DNA from: a virus
Direction: 5' to 3' (one strand)
DNA length: 64,000 nucleotides
IMG/VR virus record: IMGVR_UViG_3300012346_000689
Span: 15,318-79,317 of that record
In this document: one piece after another, positions 8,981 through 17,557 of the stretch
Numbering within the stretch: the stretch's first letter is position 1
Layout: each line of letters starts with the position of its first letter
Translations under genes and position numbers: made by a program
The notes under the pieces: generated by a model
Databases searched by the model: none
What the model saw: the letters and a program-made list of their open reading frames with translations, nothing else
What the model was told of the DNA's origin: nothing

Positions 8981-9706
8981 ATGAAAAATTCTTGTATTCA
9001 AGTCACAGCAAAGCTTTCAAGCCATTTGTGTGTCAGTAATGATTGGACTCCGATGTTAGAGTCTATTCTGGAGTCAGTCTGGTTAGATGATCGTGGTTTA
9101 TCCGCGCGTAACCCGTTAAAAATAGAAGACACTATAGAGATCCCTATCCCATTGCGATCGCAGTCTGTCAAATCGACTAAATTCTATTCCGCTTCATCTC
9201 CTTTATATATAATTAAAAATGAGAGTGTGACTTACATTCGCTACCGGTGGGATTACCAGGAACATCATTGCGATTGGGGAAAAAAGAAAGCGCAGGTTTT
9301 TACTCAAGGATTTCATACTAAATACAAAAATACTCCATTACGTCTAGTCGAAACGGATCAAATAGACTGGTTTTGCGTAGGGGATAAAAATCAATTAATT
9401 GATATGTTGAACAAATGTACTCATGTTGGTGGTCATAGGGCTAGAGGTTATGGACAAGTCGATGAATGGATAGTTAACAAGATTGATGATGACTGGAGTT
9501 TGTGGCAGGGTGATCGATTAATGCGTCCGTTCCCCGTGCGATTGTTACCAGAAGGTATTGATGTTAGTACAGCAACTAAATTATTTTGGGGATGGAAAAC
9601 ACCAATTAGATGCCCAGAAAATAGAGAAGAATGTGTTATGCCATCTAACACTATTCATAAGGATAAAATAAATTTACACAATATTGATTATTTTGACGCT
9701 GTATAA
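8981..9706 (+). CDS. csf3: type IV CRISPR Cas5-family RAMP (Csf3), divergent paralogue A
   Basis: RWDYQEHHCDWGKKKA, IDWFCVGDK, Gly-rich loop HVGGHRARGYGQVDEW, LMRPFP; clearly paralogous to 12328-13005. Confidence 0.8.
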   Translation: MKNSCIQVTAKLSSHLCVSNDWTPMLESILESVWLDDRGLSARNPLKIEDTIEIPIPLRSQSVKSTKFYSASSPLYIIKNESVTYIRYRWDYQEHHCDWGKKKAQVFTQGFHTKYKNTPLRLVETDQIDWFCVGDKNQLIDMLNKCTHVGGHRARGYGQVDEWIVNKIDDDWSLWQGDRLMRPFPVRLLPEGIDVSTATKLFWGWKTPIRCPENREECVMPSNTIHKDKINLHNIDYFDAV

Positions 9707-9708
9707 TT

Positions 9709-10482
9709 ATGAATTACTGTTACATTTGCGGGGACAAAAATGCCTCAAAACCATTAGCTTTAAAAGACTCATTTACTGATCACAGTTTGTGCCAAGCTCC
9801 TCAGTCAAAAAATCTATGCGATCGCTGTTACGATTGCCTAGACGGAAAATATAAACAGTGCTGGTATCAAAAAGCTGATGGCAAAGTGAGTAAATTGTGG
9901 GGAAGAAATTGGTCTTGGTTGGTATCTGAAAAGGAGTCTTATCCACAATTTCAAGAGGGGAAAGACGGGTTATTAGAAGTGTTCAATTTACCAACTAGAG
10001 AACTAACTAGAAAGTGGATTGTAAACCCTCCTGCGCCACCTTTTACAATTTGTATAGCGGTGTCAGGGCAAAGGCATACCTATCCTTTTAGTCAGGTTAG
10101 TTATTCTCAAAAATTAATACCAATTACTTTCGAGAAAACTCTTATCAACTGGCGAAAAGATGATCAGTTTTACCTTAATCTCTTTGAAGAGTTTATGAGT
10201 TTAGGATTCTCAAAAACTGAGATAGTATCGGGTGATTATAGCCCAAATAAACTTACCTTGATCGATGTTGATGATTTCTTAGCTAAAGATAAGTATTTAG
10301 CTATTCTTAGAAATACCTCATTGATGGATTTATTGAGTTATATAGCTATAAAACCAGATGTGTTACCTGAAACTCAAGAGATTAATCCTGAACCGATAAA
10401 ACAACCTGCTAAAGTAGAGGTTGAAGACAAAAAGGAATCAGCTTTTACTATTGAATCAAATGGACAATTATCACTTTTTTAA
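9709..10482 (+). CDS. csf1: type IV Cas8-like large subunit (Csf1)
   Basis: CYICG...DSFTDH...LCDRC Zn ribbon, WIVNPPAPPFTICIAVSGQRHTYP, SQKLIPITFE. Confidence 0.8.
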   Translation: MNYCYICGDKNASKPLALKDSFTDHSLCQAPQSKNLCDRCYDCLDGKYKQCWYQKADGKVSKLWGRNWSWLVSEKESYPQFQEGKDGLLEVFNLPTRELTRKWIVNPPAPPFTICIAVSGQRHTYPFSQVSYSQKLIPITFEKTLINWRKDDQFYLNLFEEFMSLGFSKTEIVSGDYSPNKLTLIDVDDFLAKDKYLAILRNTSLMDLLSYIAIKPDVLPETQEINPEPIKQPAKVEVEDKKESAFTIESNGQLSLF

Positions 10483-10484
10483 TT

Positions 10485-10991
10485 ATGTACGGAATTAAAT
10501 CAACTGACCCTAAAATATCGTTAGCAACTGCTCTAACTTATTGGTGTTTTAAATGCCGTAAGCGTAACCCTCCAGTTGTTAAACCTGTAGATACTTGGAA
10601 TTATCTAAAAAGCAGCATTGCTAACGCTGCGACTCCATCAAAAAACCTTAACGATTACATAGAAAACCTCGGTAAAAAGTTACTTGTGCCATCTTTAAGA
10701 CCGGTAGAATGGACTCGAATTATTAGACCTAAGATTACTATTCAAAGAGTAGTTAAAGAAGATGGTAGAATCCTTGAACTATATGAGGATCAAGAAAATG
10801 AAGAGCTACTTTTCTATTCATGGGAAGACATTCTTATAGAGTTGGCTCCTCTAGGAATAACTGAACGACATATCCTCAAGACTTGCCTTAAGTACCCGTC
10901 TGTTATCTGTGCTTTTGCTAGAGTACGTTATGAAGATGACAAAGCGATCGGGCAAGAAATTGAGTTAGAATCTGAAACAATTGACGTTTAA
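10485..10991 (+). CDS. putative Cas11 small subunit of type IV-B
   Basis: Helical 168-aa protein between csf1 and csf2 (WNYLKSSIANAA...LNDYIENLGKKL); mainly a positional call. Confidence 0.6.
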   Translation: MYGIKSTDPKISLATALTYWCFKCRKRNPPVVKPVDTWNYLKSSIANAATPSKNLNDYIENLGKKLLVPSLRPVEWTRIIRPKITIQRVVKEDGRILELYEDQENEELLFYSWEDILIELAPLGITERHILKTCLKYPSVICAFARVRYEDDKAIGQEIELESETIDV

Positions 10992-11009
10992 AATTAAAAG
11001 AGGTATTGT

Positions 11010-12224
11010 ATGTTTGAAAATTATGATGTAAATGACCGTCATCAAATAAGATTTGATGTAGTAATTGAAACCCTGTCACCATTAAGCCATATTGGGGAAA
11101 GTATAGGTAATCAAAGCAATTTAAAAACTTTAGATATTACCGACCTGACAGGTGAATCTAATCCTGTTTTTGTGTACTCTTCTAATAGTTTAAGAAACGG
11201 TTTGTTCAGGCGAAAAGGTACGTTATCAATGTTAGATGACCTTGATTTAACTGTTAATCCTACAACTCACCAAACGTTATTTGCGGGTGGTTTTATTGAA
11301 GGTGGCACAGCAGTAGATTTAGAATTAGATGCCAAAGTTCGGAAGTTTTTGCCATCAATATCGGTGCTAGGAACAGCTAAACCACCAGGGCTATTTAATA
11401 GTAATAATAGTCAAATGATTGGTGGCAGAATTAATATAGGAGGTGCTTATTTAGTATGTTTAGAAACTGCTGAATACATCTATAAAAGTTTTCCCCCTTT
11501 ATTGCCTTATTCAGTGCTTTCGTTTGTAAAAGAATTGGTAGAAGCAAAGCAATCTTTATTTAATGATAGAGTGAATGCTTGGCTTTATCAAAAACAAATT
11601 TCTGGTATTCAAGAAAAGGTAAGAAATTATCAAGAGTTATTGTTAGAATATATGCCACTATTAGAAGATAAATTAAGGAGTTATACGCAGTGGCTAACCT
11701 ATAATCAAAAGGTCAGAATGGATAGTTTAAAAGACCCACATTTAGCACAATATATTAACAGTAATCATCAAATAGGAGGGCAACAAACAAGCTTACTGAG
11801 TGAATCAAAGCCAGATAAAAAGAAGGGTAAATCTTCTGATGAAAAGCACTCTCAACAGATGATTATGGGCGACTGGCTGTTACAGCCGGGTGCGACTTTA
11901 TATTCTCGTTGGGATGGAAATATCACTGATGTTGAAGAGGGAATGCTCGCAGCCGCACTACTAAAATTCGCTGAATCACCGTACTTAGGAGGTAAATGTG
12001 GAACAGGGTGCGGACTTGTTTCTTTTGATATTTATTATCGATCGGGTCAAGAAGCGGGCAAGTGGCTGACTATAGCTCCAGACTCTCAAATATTGTCAGA
12101 AAGATGTCAGGAAAACTATCAAAGATATATGCAACATTTAGAGCAATTTAAAGGATATATTGCTTCAGCAAAACAGGATATAACTAAGTTTCTAAGTGAA
12201 CGTTCTGGGAGTCGCACCCAGTAG
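11010..12224 (+). CDS. csf2: type IV Cas7 backbone RAMP (Csf2)
   Basis: IETLSPLSHIGES, PVFVYSSNSLRNGLFRR, LFAGG, FLPSISVLG, IGGRINIG, YLGGKCGTGCGLV Gly loop. Confidence 0.88.
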   Translation: MFENYDVNDRHQIRFDVVIETLSPLSHIGESIGNQSNLKTLDITDLTGESNPVFVYSSNSLRNGLFRRKGTLSMLDDLDLTVNPTTHQTLFAGGFIEGGTAVDLELDAKVRKFLPSISVLGTAKPPGLFNSNNSQMIGGRINIGGAYLVCLETAEYIYKSFPPLLPYSVLSFVKELVEAKQSLFNDRVNAWLYQKQISGIQEKVRNYQELLLEYMPLLEDKLRSYTQWLTYNQKVRMDSLKDPHLAQYINSNHQIGGQQTSLLSESKPDKKKGKSSDEKHSQQMIMGDWLLQPGATLYSRWDGNITDVEEGMLAAALLKFAESPYLGGKCGTGCGLVSFDIYYRSGQEAGKWLTIAPDSQILSERCQENYQRYMQHLEQFKGYIASAKQDITKFLSERSGSRTQ

Positions 12225-12306
12225 CCGAGTTCAGTTCCTTTTTTCATGATAATTCGGGACTCGGCAAGTGTACAAACTCTTCTGAATACTGTTTCAGCCA
12301 ACGTTC
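12198..12306. ncRNA. candidate tRNA-like cloverleaf RNA between csf2 and the second csf3
   Basis: 7-bp closing stem GAACGTT/AACGTTC; hairpins CTGGG/CCCAG (loop reads TGCGACT on the minus strand, T-arm geometry), GCCGAGTTC/GGACTCGGC and CTGAA/TTCAG. Confidence 0.5.
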
Positions 12307-12327
12307 TCTATCAATATATCATAAATA

Positions 12328-13005
12328 ATGGATAACTTACAAGTAACGGCTTATCTATCAACTCCACTCTCTACTGACCTATTTAGCCCTAATCTAGACG
12401 CGCTATTGTATCGATTATGGCTAGAAGAAAAAGGTCTTTATAATCCTAACGTAAAACGGACTGAGGATGTTATAAAAGCAGATGTTCCTATCAAATTGAT
12501 AGAAGAAAAAGGGTATCAATATTACTCTGTATCTGCGCCTCATTTTATCATCCTAAACGAACAAAACACCCGCTATCGGAGGCGTTGGGATTATCAAGAG
12601 CATCATTGTGACTTTGGCAAAAAGAAGGCTAAAGTCGATACGCAACAAGGCAATACTAAAAGCTGCGATCTGCCACTGAGACTGATAGAAACTAATAGGA
12701 TAGACTGGTTTTGTAACGGGGACAAATCAGAAATTGATCGTCTATTGTCTTCTGTAACAAATATCGGTAAAAAAATCTCTCAAGGTTTTGGGCAAGTTTT
12801 TCGTTGGCAGTCTCAAGTGGTAGAGGATGATTTTAGCGTCTGGCAAGATAAGCGATTAATGCGGATTTTGCCAGCAGAACTCATCCCTGAACATTTAAAA
12901 GAAAGGTATCCTCTGCGAGCGTGGACGTATCATCCCCCGTACTTTTTGCCTGAAAACAAAGCACTCTGCGCTATGCCTGCCAATACAAGAAGCGCATTAA
13001 ACTAA
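12328..13005 (+). CDS. csf3: type IV Cas5-family RAMP (Csf3), canonical paralogue B
   Basis: MDNLQVTAYLSTPL...PNLDALLY, YSVSAP, DTQQGNTKSCDLP, IDWFCNGD, NIGKKISQGFGQVFRW, YHPPYF. Confidence 0.85.
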   Translation: MDNLQVTAYLSTPLSTDLFSPNLDALLYRLWLEEKGLYNPNVKRTEDVIKADVPIKLIEEKGYQYYSVSAPHFIILNEQNTRYRRRWDYQEHHCDFGKKKAKVDTQQGNTKSCDLPLRLIETNRIDWFCNGDKSEIDRLLSSVTNIGKKISQGFGQVFRWQSQVVEDDFSVWQDKRLMRILPAELIPEHLKERYPLRAWTYHPPYFLPENKALCAMPANTRSALN

Positions 13006-13010
13006 CAGAA

Positions 13011-13034
13011 AAAACGGCTAAACTTAGCCGTTTT
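13011..13034. terminator. bidirectional terminator closing the csf operon
   Basis: AAAACGGCTA-AACT-TAGCCGTTTT. Confidence 0.7.
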
Positions 13035-13049
13035 AAAGTGTGATCGCTG

Positions 13050-13382
13050 TTAACTACTTCTTTTGGCTATTAAAGCGGATAAAAGAGCCTTTATCCTGCC
13101 TCTCTCTTCTGCAAATGCAGCAAAGCTCCCCTTTAGCTCATCCCAAAAATAGTCATAGAATAATGCCCCCAATTGGTTTATTATGCTGATTCGCTCAGGG
13201 GTTGTTGATCGGGGTACTTGAAATAACAACCCTGCCACAAAAGTTTTATCTTGTAGCATACTCGTATTTGAACAGTTCAAAACTTCGCGACTGAAGTTAG
13301 TCCAGTCGGATTCTGTATAATAGCTTTGAACAAACAGTTCTGCGAATCTTAATAGGTGAGATTTTTGTTTGACTTGATCCAT
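13050..13382 (-). CDS. hypothetical protein
   Basis: GGAG RBS, 110 aa. Confidence 0.55.
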   Translation of the reverse strand: MDQVKQKSHLLRFAELFVQSYYTESDWTNFSREVLNCSNTSMLQDKTFVAGLLFQVPRSTTPERISIINQLGALFYDYFWDELKGSFAAFAEERGRIKALLSALIAKRSS

Positions 13383-13446
13383 TTTTCTCCTTTTAATATA
13401 TTAAGACAGTGTTAGGGGTTCTCGTTAGTTAGAACCCCTAAAGTAT

Positions 13447-13704
13447 TTATTCTTCTTCAATATGAGAGAAGACCGCTAGATACTCGTTACTAGGATCAGC
13501 GAAAACATTTTTTAAAACGTTTTTTATCAGGTCAGAATTACGATGAAAAACATCGTAGCCTCCATGATATTTTTCCGCGTTTTCTTGTGTTTCAAAGCTA
13601 TATATATCCCATCCGTGGGCATATTCCGCCACCGGAGTGCATTTACCTACAGTAGTTAAAACTAGTTCTTGCCCTTGTTGTGTAATCGCTCTAATAGAAA
13701 TCAT
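13447..13704 (-). CDS. hypothetical protein
   Basis: GAGG RBS, downstream of palindrome copy 2. Confidence 0.55.
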   Translation of the reverse strand: MISIRAITQQGQELVLTTVGKCTPVAEYAHGWDIYSFETQENAEKYHGGYDVFHRNSDLIKNVLKNVFADPSNEYLAVFSHIEEE

Positions 13705-13777
13705 AATTACCTCTTTCTTGTTACTTTGTTTTCTATACTTCCAATATAATCAATTCTAATTATCCCGTGCGTTCAAT

Positions 13778-13801
13778 TGTGCCACTTTCTCAACTGTCAC
13801 A
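13778..13801 (-). promoter_or_regulatory. 24-bp palindrome, copy 2 of 7
   Basis: TGTGCCACTTTCTCAACTGTCACA. Confidence 0.65.
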
Positions 13802-14015
13802 ATGGCGTACCTATATGCTGCTTGTGTGGGTTACATTAGTAATATGTGCCATTTATCCATTGTAATAACGAGATTTTTGTTATTATGAGTTAAAAACTTG
13901 CGGACAGGTTAGAGCGATCGCAAGTTTTTTTTATTTTAAGCACCGCGATCACAATCAAGTCAAAACTTTTAATATAAAATAGTGTATATGATTATTATAG
14001 TTTATCTATTTAATT

Positions 14016-14231
14016 ATGAGTAAATTAGAGAGGATGAATTTGCTATTAAAAGAATTATTGACGGCGAGATGGGATGATTATAATGACGATATGTATATAG
14101 ATTACAGACCTTTTGACTGTTACTATATCTGTTGGGAATGGGATAGATATATAGGGGATGAAGGAGAATTTATAGGACGTAATTATAAAGAAGCAAGAGA
14201 AAGTTTATTTTATTACTATAATGACGATTAG
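14016..14231 (+). CDS. hypothetical acidic, Tyr-rich protein
   Basis: 71-aa ORF. Confidence 0.5.
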   Translation: MSKLERMNLLLKELLTARWDDYNDDMYIDYRPFDCYYICWEWDRYIGDEGEFIGRNYKEARESLFYYYNDD

Positions 14232-14325
14232 TGTGATAATATAAAGGTAGGTAGTAAACCTACCTAAAATAAACGTCAAAACACCTTTAAAAGGTCTGTT
14301 ATCAACTTAATAGTAAACCATTACA

Positions 14326-15264
14326 ATGTCAATTAGTACAATGAAACACATAGTTATGTTTTCTGGTGGAGTTGCGTCGTGGTGTGCTGCTAAATTAGTA
14401 AGCGATCGCTACGGGATAGACAATTTAATATTACTTTTTGCTGATACTTTAATAGAGGATCAGGACTGTTATCGATTTATTTTAGAGGGTGCGGCTAACA
14501 TATTCAATATGAGACTTAACCCTAGATATATAGAAAAAGGGTTTTTAAATATTCCTGAGATAGGGGATATAAACCGTAATACTGTTTTATGGAGAATAGC
14601 AAACGAGTCTAGAGTAATTAGGGCTAATTTAGATAATGGTTTAGTCTGGTTGCAAGAAGGAAATGATGTTTGGGATGTGTTTTTTGAAGACAAATTCCTA
14701 AATCATTATGTTAGTAATTGCTCCAAGAAACTTAAACAAAAACCATGTAAAGGCTGGTTAAATTGGGGATTAGAGTCACAAGAGCCAACGGTAGCAAAAT
14801 ACTTAAATAACCCTGAAAATGTGACAATTTATTTAGGTATAGATATGAACGAGATTGAAAGAGCAGAGAAGATAATAGAAGGATATAAACCGTTTAAGGT
14901 AGATTTTCCTTTGCTTTGGGATAATTGGTTAGATAGAAAAGGGCAATTTGACCTATTAGAATCAGTTAATATTCAGCCACCGAGACTTTATAAATATGGT
15001 TTTTCTCATAACAATTGTGGAGGTTTTTGTGTTAAGGCGGGTAAGAAACAATTTGCACAATTACTAGATACTTTTCCTGATAGATATAATTACCACGCTC
15101 AACAAGAAAAAGCTTTCCAAAAGCATATAAAACAAGAGATTACTATATTAAGAGAGCAACATAATAACGAGAAAACAAGGCTTAGTTTGGCAGAGTTTAA
15201 AGAGCGTCCTAAGCAGTTGTCATTGTTTGATGCGATGGGTGGCTGCGGGTGTTTTATTGACTAA
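14326..15264 (+). CDS. phage PAPS-reductase-like PP-loop protein with Cys clusters
   Basis: HIVMFSGGVASW, LFADTLIEDQD, CSKKLK, YLGID, GFSHNNCGGFCVKAG, C-terminal GGCGCF. Confidence 0.75.
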   Translation: MSISTMKHIVMFSGGVASWCAAKLVSDRYGIDNLILLFADTLIEDQDCYRFILEGAANIFNMRLNPRYIEKGFLNIPEIGDINRNTVLWRIANESRVIRANLDNGLVWLQEGNDVWDVFFEDKFLNHYVSNCSKKLKQKPCKGWLNWGLESQEPTVAKYLNNPENVTIYLGIDMNEIERAEKIIEGYKPFKVDFPLLWDNWLDRKGQFDLLESVNIQPPRLYKYGFSHNNCGGFCVKAGKKQFAQLLDTFPDRYNYHAQQEKAFQKHIKQEITILREQHNNEKTRLSLAEFKERPKQLSLFDAMGGCGCFID

Positions 15265-15336
15265 TCCAAGATGCAGGAGTTGAACCTGCCTAGTACAAAT
15301 TATGAGTTTGTTGCCTAACCGATCGGCCAATCTTGG
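15265..15336 (-). tRNA. tRNA with CAT anticodon, Ile2 (lysidine) type
   Basis: CCAAGAT/ATCTTGG acceptor, D-arm GGCCGATCGGTTAGGC, ACAAA-CTCATAA-TTTGT, GCAGG-TTCAACT-CCTGC, discriminator A; resembles cyanobacterial tRNA-Ile2, but Met cannot be excluded. Confidence 0.85.
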
Positions 15337-15380
15337 TTATTTGTTATTATATATTAAGTTATAGACAAGAGGTGTTTACT

Positions 15381-15677
15381 ATGTTAAAAGGTAGTTGTTT
15401 GTTGGTTGAAATTACTTTGCCAAACAAGAAAAAGGTTTTTACCAATAAGTGTTCTTTGGTAGAAGAATATGCTAGACAAAAAGGTTATGATGTTAAATAT
15501 AGTAGTATTTATCGTACTAGCTATTATTGCGTAGAGCCACAACCTTGCTCTATTTCTTTTGATCTTGATTCTTTAAATTATGCAAAATATTTTTATGAAA
15601 ATGGAAAGGAAATAATGCGTGATGAAGTAGCGTCAGACGAAGAAATGGATCAATGGTTAAAATGTTATAAGGATTAA
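15381..15677 (+). CDS. hypothetical protein (start at MLKGS)
   Basis: GAGGT RBS before the ATG at 15381. Confidence 0.55.
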   Translation: MLKGSCLLVEITLPNKKKVFTNKCSLVEEYARQKGYDVKYSSIYRTSYYCVEPQPCSISFDLDSLNYAKYFYENGKEIMRDEVASDEEMDQWLKCYKD

Positions 15678-15679
15678 TT

Positions 15680-16021
15680 ATGATCAGCACAAAACTTCCC
15701 TTAACTTTTTCGTCTTTATTGAAACAATCTAAAGACGATAATCACTACTTAACTGAGGTGATATTATCTCGTCATCCGTGGGCTGAAATTGGTTTCTATA
15801 AAGCTAATAATTGCATTGTAGCGTTAGTGGTAGATCAACCACCTGACGGGTATGAATACGTTTATACGCTTGAGAATAATGTTATCAAAGACTATTATTA
15901 TGATAGCGAATTTTGTTATTCCGATAACGAGACAATATCTATTTATAAGCTCTTGGGAATAGCCAATGATATTGTAAGATTTAAATCTAAAACAGCTAAT
16001 CTTGGTGATTTGTTATTGTAG
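15680..16021 (+). CDS. hypothetical protein
   Basis: 113-aa ORF. Confidence 0.5.
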   Translation: MISTKLPLTFSSLLKQSKDDNHYLTEVILSRHPWAEIGFYKANNCIVALVVDQPPDGYEYVYTLENNVIKDYYYDSEFCYSDNETISIYKLLGIANDIVRFKSKTANLGDLLL

Positions 16022-16270
16022 TGGATATATCCCGCATAAAGCAAGATATTGCATAATTTCTATATCTTGTAATATAGTATTTAACTCAGTTCTAGCAAAG
16101 CCTAATAATTTATCACTTGCTAAGTATTTCTTAGCTAATTTCACAGATTCTAAAAAACGACCTGATTTATAATAAATTGACACGGCACTAACGACATAGA
16201 TACTAATTGTTCGCTTTTTAGTATTGTTTAAGTTCTTAAGTGTTTTTAGTTCAGTTTCTAGGTAGTTCAT
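16013..16270 (-). CDS. hypothetical protein
   Basis: 85-aa ORF. Confidence 0.4.
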   Translation of the reverse strand: MNYLETELKTLKNLNNTKKRTISIYVVSAVSIYYKSGRFLESVKLAKKYLASDKLLGFARTELNTILQDIEIMQYLALCGIYPLQ

Positions 16271-16396
16271 TTGTTTAATATGATTAGATGTTAGTATTTT
16301 AGCAAGATTAATTACTATCTTAATCCATAAATTGAGGTGACATTGTAAGATTTAAGCCTAGAACAATCAGATCACAGATAAAATGTCTAATCATGT

Positions 16397-16420
16397 TGTG
16401 CTACTTTACAAACTGTCACA
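16397..16420 (+). promoter_or_regulatory. 24-bp palindrome, copy 3 of 7
   Basis: TGTGCTACTTTACAAACTGTCACA, 64 nt before the ATG at 16484. Confidence 0.65.
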
Positions 16421-16483
16421 CCCATGTGCGTTGTGTGCAGTTCTGTCGGTTAGTATAAAAATGTAAGCAAACAAGAGGTAAGT

Positions 16484-17487
16484 ATGAAATTCGTAGTAAC
16501 AACTCGCCGAGAAGTTTTAGAAGACCTGAAACAAGAAGGATGGTATCTAATAGGGGTTGACGGTACAGTCCCCAATTCTCATGGTCTGTATGATGAATTG
16601 TATGATCATCATCGTCCCAACGGTGCGGATATTCAGCTGGACGAGATGACAGAATATTCTCAAAGCAGGGAGTGTTTTGGTACTTATGGAAAGCCGATCG
16701 CAGTTATCACAACATCGGTCGACGCGGATGCCATTGTCTCGGCATACCGTCTAATGGACGAATATGCGCACTTAGACCAAGAACAGATTAATTTGTTAAG
16801 AGCGATCGCTTATGACTGCGATCACTTAGCCGTTCCTGCAGATTTGTCTAAATACGCAGATCAAGCGGCTCAGGTAGTCGCGGCTTTAAAAGAAGAAGCA
16901 AATCGTTTGGCTAAAAAGCTAAACTTACCCGTCGATCGCCGTCGTCAATGGAATGTCGAGGATAAAGAAAAATTCGGGTCTCTTGCCTTTGAAGAAGGAG
17001 TGAAGCTCATTTCTAAACTACTTCGTGGGGAATGGGAATATCGATGGACGGCCAATAAATATTGGCAAGGAGTGAAAAAAATAACGCAACAAATTAAAGC
17101 CGAAAAACGAATCAGTCGGTATCGAAACCATTTGATGGTCGTGGGATCAGTGGATATGTAGATCCACGCTGCTTTTACAGAAACTTAACAAGTGAGGACT
17201 CGGAGAAGGTTAATCCGATCGCTCTATTTGTCTTCGATCACCCTCTTGGTGGTCAAAAATACACTATAGGTGTTATTCCCTTGCATAAAGACCGGTGCTG
17301 TGTGGATTTAACTAAGTCAGTTTTTCCTGCTTTAAACAAGGCAGAGAAACTAATTAACCCCGATTCACAAGATTGGGGAGGTCGTGCCACGGTTGGTGGC
17401 AGTCCGTTTAACAATCCGTCAATGTTAATAACTCCAGAGCAAGTCATTGATATTATCAAATTCCCATCCGAGTATAATGATAAATGA
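16484..17487 (+). pseudogene. DHH-superfamily phosphoesterase-like gene, frameshifted near 17130
   Basis: GVDGT, LYDHH, VDADAIVSA; the -1 frame continues FDGRGISGYVDPRCFY...WGGRATVGGSPF to 17487. Confidence 0.55.
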
Positions 17488-17557
17488 ACAGTTTCTATCA
17501 ACTGAATGAGTGATTTAATTTAAGGTTGTTGAGAGCTAGTTTCCTAGCTCTTTTCTG

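Noticed and set aside
12198-12306. True tRNA (Thr or Sec) on the minus strand
   Set aside because: No properly paired anticodon stem around TTTGTAC, no TCA anticodon, no D-loop GG; kept only as tRNA-like.
5387-16483. CRISPR array or mini-array near the csf operon
   Set aside because: All intergenic gaps were read. No repeat of 20 bp or more with spacer-sized intervals; the only repeat is the 8-bp AACGTTCT, which the palindromic stem explains.
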